Numbered from the stretch's first letter, positions 7,123-15,353 are shown. The stretch: DNA of 20,430 bases from Okeania sp. (GCF_035285525.1 NZ_JAYKGW010000014.1:1-20430), one strand, 5' to 3'. Numbers and translations: made by a program. Notes: a model not told the origin generated them from the sequence alone.

Positions 7123-7294
7123 GTAAATCAATCTATTGTCTGCCTTTTGCCTTCCCAACTGCTTTTCCTGGCACCTCGCAATAACGAGTGGTAAGTCCAG
7201 TAAGTGAGCGATCGCTTCCGACACCAGCGGAACTGAAAGCTTCCTAACAAAAGGTACTCGTACCAAAAAAAAATCAACTTTACAAGAATCAAAC
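7123..7294 (+). promoter_or_regulatory. Leader copy L4, directly upstream of the PLP-decarboxylase gene
   Basis: GTAAATC 7123-7129 plus a ~38-nt extension shared only with L5. P1 is CTGG 7168-7171 / CCAG 7197-7200. P2 is CTCG 7175-7178 / CGAG 7185-7188 with loop CAATAA. HIP1 palindrome present. GCTTCCTAAC at 7239-7248. Confidence 0.45.
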
Positions 7295-9556
7295 ATGAAA
7301 AAATTACAGTCTAAACTCACCCCCGACTATGACAGTAAGAAATTCAAGCAAGAAATCGGCAAAATGCTCGCTGATCGCGTCATCCCCAAATTAACCGACA
7401 AAAAACGGGCTAAAAACCCAACCACTATGGAAACAACAGACGGCACAATAGAAGTCTCCTCCGACGTAGCTGCCTGGTTTTTAGGACCCCGTGGTGAAAA
7501 CGTCGATTTGTTCTCTGAGTTAGTCTCCATCGCCCTTAACGACCATGTTTTCTGGCGACGTAACTTCCACCCCACCGATCCCTCCCCCCTCACTGAAAGC
7601 ATGAAGCGAGATGAGGCTTATCTCGATGCGGTAGACCTGATCAAAACTGAGTTCTACGCTTTGCTAGCCCAACTCAAAAAATCCGGCCCTTTTGCCAGTA
7701 TGCGCTACCAGGGACACATGACCTGGGACCAGACCTTACCGGGGATGGCGGGTTATTTCGCTGCTATGCTCTACAACCAAAATAATGTTGCCCTGGAAGC
7801 ATCCCCCATTACCACTGTATTAGAAGTAGAAGCTTGCGAAGATTTGTGTTATATGTTAGGCTATCAGGAGACAAGCCCTAAGCCCTGGGGACACCTCACC
7901 TGTGGCGGTTCGACAGCAAATATTGAAGCTCTGTGGGCAGCACGGAACCTTAAGTTCTATCCCTTCTCCTTCCGCAAGGGGTTAACAGCAGCAAATCCCA
8001 CTGTTGCAGAACAGTTTACGGTAAATCTTCCATCAGGTACTTCAGCTTTATTGAAAGATTTGGATAATTGGCAGATATTGAACCTATCGGTGGATGAAGT
8101 ATTGAATTTGTTTAACCGTGCTGTGGTAGACTATAATGTTGATCAAGTGACATTGAATGGAGCGATCGAACCTTATTCATTGCAAAATATGGGCTTTCTG
8201 GATTTTGCTCAAGAATTTTTAACAGATTCTACCGTGGGCGACCCCGTTGTTTTAGTACCTGCTTCCAAACATTATTCTTTGCCGAAAGGAGCAGCAATAT
8301 TAGGTTTGGGAGCGAAGAATATGCACACCGTACCCCTAGATATTTATGGTCGTATGGATGTGAATGAACTGAAAACAGCGATCGATGACTACCTTTCTGG
8401 CAACACAGACGATGGCAAAAAGCACCCCATCGTGACAGTGGTGGCAGTGTTTGGAACTACAGAAGAGGGCAATGTCGATCCATTGGTGGAGATTTTGAAT
8501 TTGCAGAAAGCCTATCGTGCAGCTAATGTAGACTTTGCGGTTCATGCAGATTGTGCTTGGGGTGGATATTTTGCCTCCCTATTGCGGGATGACGGAACTG
8601 GTGGTGTTCCCATCGCTGTCAGCCAATATGTAATCGATCAATATCAAGCGCTTGGTAGTACAGATACAATTACCATCGATCCTCACAAAACAGGTTATTT
8701 GCCCTATCCAGCGGGTGCTTTGTGCTATCGTAATATGGCGATGCGGAGTCTGATTGCTTTTGAAGCGCCTTATATCAACAGTGACGAGTCGGATGTTCCC
8801 CCCGAATGGTCCTTGGGTACTTATGGCATTGAAGGTTCAAAACCAGGAGCAGCAGCAGCAGGAGTTTATCTCAGCCATGCAGCTATCCCCTTAAACCTCC
8901 AAGGTTACGGTAAGTTGATGACTTTGACGGCTTACAACTGCAAAATATTCCATTGGAAACTATTGGAAGCGAGCCGACAAGAAACAGATTTCATTGTCGA
9001 GCCAACCCCTCATTGGCCTGAATCAAACCAAACCAAGGAAGAGTCGGTCAAGAATTTTCTGAACAAGCTGTCGGGCAAAACTCCTCAGTCGATCCTCAAC
9101 GATACCACGGGCACCGATCTAGCAACTTTGCGTGAAGCAGGAGCGGATTTGAATATCCTTACTTATGCTTTCAATTACAAAGTCAATGGTACCCTAGTCA
9201 CCGATCTTGACAAAGTGAATGCGTTGAACGAGCGAATTTACGATCGCATTAGTCTCAAGGCAGATGGTCGCGACATCTACAACTATAAGATTCTAGTTAG
9301 TACAACTTCTTTCTACAAGGATACTTATGGCGAAGTGTTTTTCGAGGATTACCGCAAGCGCCTCCTGGGAATGACTGCTGTTCCTGCCTCCAGTTCTGGT
9401 GCTGGCGAACATATCGTCGTGATGCGATCAACTATCATGGATCCATGGATTACCGAAGATGTAGATGGAAAACCATTTGTAGACTACATCGTGGCCGAGT
9501 TGTTCGACATTGTTCGGGAAGTGGTGGCTGAAGTTGTCGCAGAAGAAGCAGCTTAA
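7295..9556 (+). CDS. Pyridoxal-phosphate-dependent decarboxylase-like protein (group II family), unusually long at 753 aa
   Basis: Motifs LTCGGSTANIEALWAARN, VHADCAWGGY and TIDPHKTGYLPYPAGALCYRN (PLP-lysine D-x-H-K signature of group II decarboxylases). Uninterrupted ORF with codon-like composition. The start could alternatively be M24 or M45. Confidence 0.8.
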   Translation: MKKLQSKLTPDYDSKKFKQEIGKMLADRVIPKLTDKKRAKNPTTMETTDGTIEVSSDVAAWFLGPRGENVDLFSELVSIALNDHVFWRRNFHPTDPSPLTESMKRDEAYLDAVDLIKTEFYALLAQLKKSGPFASMRYQGHMTWDQTLPGMAGYFAAMLYNQNNVALEASPITTVLEVEACEDLCYMLGYQETSPKPWGHLTCGGSTANIEALWAARNLKFYPFSFRKGLTAANPTVAEQFTVNLPSGTSALLKDLDNWQILNLSVDEVLNLFNRAVVDYNVDQVTLNGAIEPYSLQNMGFLDFAQEFLTDSTVGDPVVLVPASKHYSLPKGAAILGLGAKNMHTVPLDIYGRMDVNELKTAIDDYLSGNTDDGKKHPIVTVVAVFGTTEEGNVDPLVEILNLQKAYRAANVDFAVHADCAWGGYFASLLRDDGTGGVPIAVSQYVIDQYQALGSTDTITIDPHKTGYLPYPAGALCYRNMAMRSLIAFEAPYINSDESDVPPEWSLGTYGIEGSKPGAAAAGVYLSHAAIPLNLQGYGKLMTLTAYNCKIFHWKLLEASRQETDFIVEPTPHWPESNQTKEESVKNFLNKLSGKTPQSILNDTTGTDLATLREAGADLNILTYAFNYKVNGTLVTDLDKVNALNERIYDRISLKADGRDIYNYKILVSTTSFYKDTYGEVFFEDYRKRLLGMTAVPASSSGAGEHIVVMRSTIMDPWITEDVDGKPFVDYIVAELFDIVREVVAEVVAEEAA

Positions 9557-9720
9557 TTTGTTAGTTTTCTGGGGTTGCTGGTTATAGGTATAATTTTCCT
9601 TGCCCTAGCTCCCCAAAATTAAAGGTTGAGGGACATTTTGAAAGTCCCCCGAAGTCAGGATTTAGGGGGCTTTACCAAAACCAAACAATCGCGCATTCAT
9701 ACTTCAATGACAAGGCGCTA

Positions 9721-9756
9721 TTTGTAGGAGGGCGAACGCCATTCGCCCCTACAAAT
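9721..9756. repeat. Imperfect palindromic repeat (TTTGTAGGAGGGCGAA ... TTCGCCCCTACAAA)
   Basis: Inverted repeat with a one-base bulge, downstream of the decarboxylase stop. A further hairpin TAGGGACG/CGTCCCTA lies at 9795-9821. Both resemble dispersed Nostocales hairpin repeats. Confidence 0.5.
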
Positions 9757-9920
9757 GAACGGTTTACAGCAGTTTTCATTTCGGTAGACCACAGTAGGGA
9801 CGCCCTTATGCAACGTCCCTAAGAGATGCAAGGTTATCGCTCCGGTGGTTCATCGAGAGTGAAAAGCGCTGTATATTTTCTTGTGTTGCATAAGTCCTAA
9901 TAGAAACAACAATCATATCT

Positions 9921-11318
9921 ATGAACACCAAAAATCGTTTGACTTTCAGTTTTCTCATAACCTGGGTTTCTACCTGCTTACTAGCAGTAGTTATTGGATT
10001 GACTTCCAATGTTGCTCCTGCCAAAGCAGATGCGATATACCACGCTTTCGACGAATGTTTTGCCAATGTCACAGCCAAACTTCCTGAAGTTGAAGCAGCA
10101 GGATATAACTATATTCAAATTTCGCCTCCCAATAAAACACCATCACGGGAAGATGATGCCTGCACTTCAGACAAATACTGGTACATTCAGTATCAGCCTT
10201 ATGATTACGTTCTAGAGGGAAATCTAGGTAATGAGCAAGATTTAAAGAATTTGATTGATGCTGCTCACGAACGGGGAATTAAAGTTATTGCCGATGTGGT
10301 CTTTAATCACATGGCTAATTATCGTTTTTACAAAGATGTTGCACCTTTCCCCGAAGCATATCCGCTCTATCCAAAAAAGGAATATTTCCACGAGGCAAAA
10401 TGTATTTCCAATTATAATAATCCCTATGAAGTTGAAAATGATTGGTTATGCAGTCCCAATGACACGGAAGGATTGCCAGATTTGAGGACAGATTTACCTT
10501 ATGTGCAACAAAAACAGCATGAGTATATGCAAAAACTGATGGATATGGGAATTGATGGTTTCCGTTTTGATGCTGTCAAACATATTTCTGTTGAAGATTT
10601 GGAAAAGATCGTTGAAGTTATTCCTGAAGATAAATTTTACTATGGTGAAGCCATCGGACGCAACTTTGACGAGAGCATGAAATATATTCCAGTGTTTCCC
10701 AAAGTCACCGATTTTCAATTGGTTAATACTCTGAAAAGTGCTTTTGGTTACGGAGGAGACTTACGCTCTTTAATCAATCCAGCAGATACCCAGCGTGCTG
10801 TACCTGGTGACAATGCTGTTACTTTTGCTCGCAACCATGATACTTGGGCAATAGGACAGTTTGATAATTGGAAATTTGACAAGAACGACTTAGTTTTAGC
10901 CACAGCTTACGTTTTAGCCAGAAAAGAAGGAACGCCTTTGATCTTGACATTTGATGCTTTCGAGCCTACAATTGTTGCTGGAACTCAATTTCACGAAAAA
11001 ATGATAGCAGAACCACAATATTATCGCAATGGTAACGAAATTGCAGCTAGTGCGGATAGCCCAAATTTACTTTTTATTGAGCGTGGAGATAAGGGTTTAG
11101 CTATTATTAATAAAGCTGGTGAAACATTTGATGTGACTGCTGCTAAAATGCCTGGTTTGGCAGTGGGTTGTTACCGCGAGCTACAGTACGATTTTGAAAT
11201 GTGTGTTGACTACGGTGGTGATGGTCAAAAGTACATTAATAAATGGGGTTCTCCTAATCGCGGTGGAATTAATATTGGTTCTAGAACTGCATTGTTCTTT
11301 GTGAAAACGGACTTTTGA
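9921..11318 (+). CDS. Secreted alpha-amylase, glycoside hydrolase family 13
   Basis: Signal/anchor-like N-terminus. GH13 conserved regions are present: DVVFNHMAN, GFRFDAVKHI, YGEAIG, FARNHDT. Confidence 0.88.
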   Translation: MNTKNRLTFSFLITWVSTCLLAVVIGLTSNVAPAKADAIYHAFDECFANVTAKLPEVEAAGYNYIQISPPNKTPSREDDACTSDKYWYIQYQPYDYVLEGNLGNEQDLKNLIDAAHERGIKVIADVVFNHMANYRFYKDVAPFPEAYPLYPKKEYFHEAKCISNYNNPYEVENDWLCSPNDTEGLPDLRTDLPYVQQKQHEYMQKLMDMGIDGFRFDAVKHISVEDLEKIVEVIPEDKFYYGEAIGRNFDESMKYIPVFPKVTDFQLVNTLKSAFGYGGDLRSLINPADTQRAVPGDNAVTFARNHDTWAIGQFDNWKFDKNDLVLATAYVLARKEGTPLILTFDAFEPTIVAGTQFHEKMIAEPQYYRNGNEIAASADSPNLLFIERGDKGLAIINKAGETFDVTAAKMPGLAVGCYRELQYDFEMCVDYGGDGQKYINKWGSPNRGGINIGSRTALFFVKTDF

Positions 11319-11384
11319 GTAATCTCTTTGATTACTTGAGATCAAATCCGTTGTTTACGGTTTTCGATAAATCAGAGTATTATC

Positions 11385-11425
11385 AGAAACCGGGTTTATG
11401 AGTATTTCATATCAACCCGGTTTCT
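11385..11425. terminator. 12-bp-stem hairpin downstream of the amylase gene
   Basis: AGAAACCGGGTT 11385-11396 pairs with AACCCGGTTTCT 11414-11425. There is no clear U tract, so it may be a dispersed repeat rather than a terminator. A related AAACCGGGTTC occurs near 296-306. Confidence 0.35.
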
Positions 11426-11464
11426 AGCGATCGCCATACCATGAGTATTGATGTTAATCTTGAC

Positions 11465-11552
11465 AGAACTTACGAATTAACGCTATTAGTAGGGTGTATT
11501 AGCTGTAGCATAACGCACCAACACCCTAGAATACTGTCTTTGCGTAAGTCCT
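11465..11552. mobile_element. MITE-B copy (degenerate left end)
   Basis: AGAACTTACGAA at 11465-11476 and TGCGTAAGTCCT at 11541-11552. The interior ACGCTATTAGTAGGGTG ... TAACGCACC is collinear with the element at 19786-20153. Confidence 0.5.
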
Positions 11553-11610
11553 GTTAATAAAGCTTTTATCGCCCACTAAAAATAATAACTCACCCCTGAA
11601 TGCTTACCTT

Positions 11611-11823
11611 ATGATTAACCGCGAACAACTCAAACACGAACTTGATTCTGTCGATGATGCAACTATTAATATCCTACATGATGTTATCATAGCACTTAAA
11701 AAAAATGGTGAATCTTCTAATTTTATAACTAACTGGTTAGTGAATAATCCACTCAAAAACAGTGTTATTTATGAAAAGGATATTATTTCTCCTATTGATG
11801 AAAATTGGGATGTTGATTTATGA
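11611..11823 (+). CDS. DUF2281-like type II antitoxin (70 aa)
   Basis: The stop overlaps the PIN gene start (ATGA at 11820-11823). MINREQLKHELDSVDDATINILHDVIIALKK ... IYEKDIISPIDENWDV resembles the helical N-terminus plus D-x-x-x-P-hydrophobic-x-E/D-x-W C-terminus of DUF2281 antitoxins as I recall them. Confidence 0.6.
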   Translation: MINREQLKHELDSVDDATINILHDVIIALKKNGESSNFITNWLVNNPLKNSVIYEKDIISPIDENWDVDL

Positions 11824-12206
11824 TTATTCTTGATACCCATGCTTGGATTTGGTGGTTGACAGAATCTCCTAAACTTTCCAATAGAGCAATCAAAACTATT
11901 GAGAATAATACTATCATCGGGATTGCTGCTATTAGCTGTTGGGAATTATCTATGCTAGTGGCAAAAAATAGAATTGAATGATCAATGGATATTCAAATTT
12001 GGATGAGTTTAGCTTTCCAACATCCTCAAGCTACACTTTTACCCCTTACTCCAGAAATTGCAGTTTTATCAACTCGATTACCTGGAGAATTTCATGGAGA
12101 TCCTGCGGATAGATTAATTGTTGCTAGTAGTTTGGTTCATAAAGTTCCACTGATTTCCAAAGATGAAAAAATCAAGAAATGGGGATATTTACCTGTCATT
12201 TGGTAA
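11820..12206 (+). pseudogene. PIN-domain (VapC-like) toxin gene with an in-frame TGA at 11979-11981
   Basis: The single frame reads MIILDTHAWIWWLTESPKLSNRAIKTIENNTIIGIAAISCWELSMLVAKNRIE*SMDIQIWM...FHGDPADRLIVASSLVHKVPLISKDEKIKKW. The PIN acidic residues are in the expected context (LDTH, WE, DPADR). The ORF track only reports the part after the stop (11985-12206). Confidence 0.7.
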
Positions 12207-12281
12207 ATCAATCTATTTTCTGCCTTTTGCCTACCAGACTACTTTTCCTGACGCCTCCCAATAACGAGTGGTAAGTCTTGC
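12203..12281 (+). promoter_or_regulatory. Leader copy L5 (orphan, degenerate)
   Basis: By eye roughly 85-90% identical to L4 (7122-7200). P1 reads CTGA.../...TCTTG and P2 reads CTCC/CGAG, so both proposed stems are broken. The PIN stop TAA (12204-12206) lies inside GTAAATC. Confidence 0.4.
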
Positions 12282-12322
12282 AAGAGAGCGATCGCCTCTA
12301 GTTAAGAAGCGATCGCTCTCTT
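12282..12322. repeat. 14-bp perfect inverted repeat built on two HIP1 sites
   Basis: AAGAGAGCGATCGC 12282-12295 and GCGATCGCTCTCTT 12309-12322, with a 13-nt loop. Confidence 0.6.
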
Positions 12323-12371
12323 CAAATTTTGCTTTAATTCTTACTTTTGAATCCATGAATTTCTAGCCTTG

Positions 12372-12432
12372 GGGGCTGGTTTAGGTAAATCTGATATCAA
12401 CCCCCGAAATCTCTGGAAAAACCCGCCCCTAC
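12372..12432. repeat. Second copy of the GC-rich hairpin element, just 3' of thyX
   Basis: GGGGCTGGTTTAGGTAAATCTGA ... AAAACCCGCCCCTAC is collinear with 158-218 (GGGGCGGGTTTATGTAAACCTGA ... AAAACCCGCCCCTAC). One stem mismatch. It lies 15 nt beyond the thyX stop. Confidence 0.55.
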
Positions 12433-12446
12433 GATATTTGGAATTT

Positions 12447-14984
12447 CTATGGTGCTAATTTACCTTTACCAAGTCTATTTTTTTCATACCATTCTGCTAT
12501 ACTAGGAACCCAATCTTGAACATGAGGCCACATTAACTCACATAATTTTTGAATTTCTAATTGAGCATTCTTTTTAAAACGTAAATCCAAAAAATGTAGC
12601 AAACTACGGGAATTAAAACTAACAATAAAATGCTGACGATAATCAAAAGGAATTATTCCTCTAGCGTGTTCTTCAGACATTCCTAAATCCATAGCAATTT
12701 TATATTTATTAGCTGCCTCTAAACACCACTGTAAATCTTGTTCTCGTTGTTGAGGAGAATAATAATATTTTTTACCTTGACGGTCAAAATATTCTCCCAC
12801 CGGACGTAAGTAAAAAGCAGTTTCTATATCCGTTTTTCCCTCTGCCACTGCAATAACTTTTCCGGAACAGTAACGATAACTTTGTACATCAAAAGAATTA
12901 TGAACAACTAAACCATTAGCGATAAAATTATGTTCTGGATGTTCTACTTCAATATCATAAGTAATTTCTTTCCCAAATTTTTCAATAGATTCTATTTCTA
13001 CAAAATCAGGGAACAGGGAACAGGGAACAGGGAACAGAGAATTAATAGGATTTATAGTTGATTTTGGATAGGAATTTTCTGCTATCCACTTTTCATCCAA
13101 GATTTCTTTTTCCCAAAAATTAATGTCTCGTTGAGCAATTTTATTACCAGTTAATCCCACTTCACATAATTGAGTTTTATTCTTCTTTATCAGGAATGGG
13201 GAACAGGGAACAGGGAACAGATAATCAATATAATTTATAGTTGATTTTGAGTGGGAATTTACTGGCATCCACTTTTCATCTAACATTTCTTGTTCCATAA
13301 AACTAATTTCCTGTGGAGGAATTTTATTACCAGTTAATTGCACTTCACATAATTGAGTATTATTATCAAATTCCTTCAACCTTTTCCACCCTTGATTAGT
13401 CCAAAACTGGTGTTCTAATGTAGCTCTTATTTCTTTACCAGAAACAGTTTTTATTGTGTAAGTTTCTTGTTCGCCATTAATATAAATATTAGTAATTTTA
13501 CTAGAAACAAGTTGGTTAGTTTTAGTATCTAAAGTCAAAATAGTACGTCTAGATATACTCTCTTGCATATATTTTGCATCATTAGAAGTTTGTTGATGTT
13601 TTCTCCCGTAATGCCATAAATTAGCTAATTTTTCAATAGTTTCTTCATAATATTTCTCTCCTCTATATAAAGACGAATGCCCAAATCTAACCTTTGTATT
13701 ACCCGACAAACAACAACCTATTCTATGAGTTCTTGCTTGTTGCATCACACTATGAGGAAAAAATCCACAATTAAAAGTAATTTGCGGGTGTTCAAGACAA
13801 TTTCCACAGACAATAACTTTTCCATTTCTTCTAACTAATAAAGCACCAGTAGAAACAGAAGCGCAATAAACTTTACCTTTGTAATTAACAAAACCTTCTT
13901 TTCTTCCTGCATCTTTATTTTCTTGACAATATTCAACAGGATATGTAGAAATTTCAGAGCTATGTAATCTCCAGCAAGGTTTCTGATTTTTATCCGCTTC
14001 ACACTCATTTTTATTATTTAAAGTTAGGTTTGCCCTAAAACCATTAATATGTGCAGTTGCTTGAATTATTTCTAAAGCATTTTTATTAGTTGAATCATAG
14101 CACCAACTTTTTTCTTTTATATTTGTACCATCACTGTTTTGTAAGCCATCCCAAAAACTTGCTATTAAATTTGCTGGTAATTCTAATAACCAAATTGGCA
14201 CAGTCTTATCTTCAGAATTAGAAAAATTTCGATGAATCCATGAAGCTAAGGATTTGTGTTCAATTACAAACCTATTTTCCTGAGTTTTTTCGATGTCTAA
14301 ATTCAATGAAAGTAAATAATCTATTTTGCCAGAATTTTGTATTGTAAATCTAACAACATCAGAATTTTTATTTATACTTCTCAACCCATCTCTATAGAAA
14401 AAACCTGCTATTCTAAAAGCTGTTTCTAAGTCGATATTTTCTGGTAGATCCTTAGGTAACTTTCTGGAACTATTTTTTAAATAGCAATTCAATAAATAAC
14501 GTACTGGTGTATTATAAACATCTTCAGCTTTTTTGCTAAACCATTCTGTCCAATTATTTTCTGTACTTGTTCTTCGGGAAACTATCATCCTATGGTCTTT
14601 TGTGACTAGCAAATCAATAAAATTGCTCTGAACATAATATAATTCATCATCTATATCATACTCATAAAGTTTACTTGGCTTTTCAAACCAAGCCTCTTTT
14701 GTCTCAGGATTTACAGCTAGTAACTCCATAGCATAAGTTATTTTATTCCAACTAATCCAACCTTGATTTGTTAACACTTCAGTATCAGCAGAATAGCATC
14801 CAAAATGGCCGCGATCGCCTGCTAAAAGTCGCTTAACAATAATTTCCCCACATTTTGCTTCCGAAGGCCAAGTATTTTGTTCATCAAAGACAAATCCTTC
14901 ACTATAATCTTGATGTAAAGCTGCATAAATTAGTTGTTGAGGATTAGGTGTTTTGTTAATAATTTCTACTCGAAATTTATCCAT
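12447..14984 (-). CDS. thyX: FAD-dependent thymidylate synthase ThyX precursor carrying two inteins (845 aa; exteins total ~240 aa)
   Basis: Exteins are aa 1-62 (...LLAGDRGHFG), aa 396-424 (CLEHPQITFNCGFFPHSVMQQARTHRIG[C]) and aa 697-845 (SFDVQSYRY...). Joined, they recreate the ThyX signature R-H-R-x(2-3)-S-x(4)-S-x-R-Y. They are separated by two Hint-type insertions. Confidence 0.88.
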   Translation of the reverse strand: MDKFRVEIINKTPNPQQLIYAALHQDYSEGFVFDEQNTWPSEAKCGEIIVKRLLAGDRGHFGCYSADTEVLTNQGWISWNKITYAMELLAVNPETKEAWFEKPSKLYEYDIDDELYYVQSNFIDLLVTKDHRMIVSRRTSTENNWTEWFSKKAEDVYNTPVRYLLNCYLKNSSRKLPKDLPENIDLETAFRIAGFFYRDGLRSINKNSDVVRFTIQNSGKIDYLLSLNLDIEKTQENRFVIEHKSLASWIHRNFSNSEDKTVPIWLLELPANLIASFWDGLQNSDGTNIKEKSWCYDSTNKNALEIIQATAHINGFRANLTLNNKNECEADKNQKPCWRLHSSEISTYPVEYCQENKDAGRKEGFVNYKGKVYCASVSTGALLVRRNGKVIVCGNCLEHPQITFNCGFFPHSVMQQARTHRIGCCLSGNTKVRFGHSSLYRGEKYYEETIEKLANLWHYGRKHQQTSNDAKYMQESISRRTILTLDTKTNQLVSSKITNIYINGEQETYTIKTVSGKEIRATLEHQFWTNQGWKRLKEFDNNTQLCEVQLTGNKIPPQEISFMEQEMLDEKWMPVNSHSKSTINYIDYLFPVPCSPFLIKKNKTQLCEVGLTGNKIAQRDINFWEKEILDEKWIAENSYPKSTINPINSLFPVPCSLFPDFVEIESIEKFGKEITYDIEVEHPEHNFIANGLVVHNSFDVQSYRYCSGKVIAVAEGKTDIETAFYLRPVGEYFDRQGKKYYYSPQQREQDLQWCLEAANKYKIAMDLGMSEEHARGIIPFDYRQHFIVSFNSRSLLHFLDLRFKKNAQLEIQKLCELMWPHVQDWVPSIAEWYEKNRLGKGKLAP
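12897..13712 (-). mobile_element. ThyX intein 2 (~272 aa), mini-intein without a recognisable endonuclease
   Basis: Starts (C)CLSGNTKVRF. Block B is ATLEH. Ends ...ITYDIEVEHPEHNFIANGLVVHN, followed by +1 Ser697. The first residue is ambiguous between Cys424 and Cys425. Confidence 0.8.
12999..13364 (-). repeat. In-frame tandem duplication (2 x 183 nt = 2 x 61 aa) inside intein 2, each unit ending in GGGAACA heptamer repeats
   Basis: Unit 1 is 13182-13364 (NNTQLCEVQLTGNKIPPQEISFMEQEMLDEKWMPVNSHSKSTINYIDYLFPVPCSPFLIKK). Unit 2 is 12999-13181 (NKTQLCEVGLTGNKIAQRDINFWEKEILDEKWIAENSYPKSTINPINSLFPVPCSLFPDFV). On the + strand (GGGAACA)x4 lies at 13009-13036 and x3 at 13199-13219. Confidence 0.85.
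13800..14798 (-). mobile_element. ThyX intein 1 (333 aa) with a LAGLIDADG homing-endonuclease domain
   Basis: Starts CYSADTEVLTNQGW (block A). Block B is LLVTKDH. LAGLIDADG-like motifs are RIAGFFYRDG and LIASFWDGLQNSDG. Ends ...VYCASVSTGALLVRRNGKVIVCGN, followed by +1 Cys396. Confidence 0.85.
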
Positions 14985-15010
14985 AAAATTATTCTAAAGT
15001 TTAGCTATTA

Positions 15011-15038
15011 AGTCAAAAGTCAAAAGTCAAAAGTAAGA
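15011..15038. repeat. STRR-type heptamer tract (AGTCAAA)x3 plus one degenerate unit
   Basis: AGTCAAA at 15011-15031 and AGTAAGA at 15032-15038, starting 27 nt upstream of the thyX start codon. Confidence 0.8.
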
Positions 15039-15219
15039 AAAATCTATTTTATTGTAGGGGTTTGGTCTCCAAATCCATTTGGGCTTGATAAAGAGCAAAG
15101 CAATTTATTATTATTACACTATAAAAATTGACTATCTAAAAAATTATAGATTTTTGTTATTTTTGACTTTTATAACACTAGGCAAATATATTAATCTTAA
15201 ATATATTTGTGAAAAAACT

Positions 15220-15276
15220 GTAGGGGTTTGGTTTCCAAATCTCATTTATGCTTGGGTTTAGAGACCAAACCCCTAC
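15220..15276. repeat. 16-bp-stem palindromic element (GTAGGGGTTTGGTTTC ... GAGACCAAACCCCTAC)
   Basis: Arms are 15220-15235 and 15261-15276 with one mismatch. A solo left arm GTAGGGGTTTGGTCTC lies at 15054-15069. Confidence 0.6.
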
Positions 15277-15353
15277 GATTAAATGTTAAAACCTATTTAG
15301 TATTGCAATAGGTTAGAACATTTACAAATACTCAAAGTCAGTCAGACATCATT

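Noticed and set aside
7123-7136. NtcA-like GTA-N8-TAT at the start of L4 (also 12203-12216 in L5)
   Set aside because: The right half-site is TAT, not TAC. No TAN3T -10 box lies ~22 nt downstream. The short leaders L1-L3 lack the site. It is probably coincidental to the GTAAATC block.
7169-7185. TGGCAC in L4 resembling a sigma-54 -24 box
   Set aside because: No TTGC -12 element follows at the right spacing, and cyanobacteria are not known to use sigma-54. The motif is better explained as the 5' half of the leader stem.
7105-7320. ORF 7105..7320 (-), and ORF 7327..7602 (-)
   Set aside because: They are antisense to leader L4 and to the 5' end of the decarboxylase gene. The sense-strand features explain the sequence.
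605-12281. Whether the repeated leader copies could be a CRISPR array
   Set aside because: The copies are kilobases apart, irregularly spaced, 80-180 nt long and diverged. There is no short uniform repeat-spacer periodicity and no cas genes.
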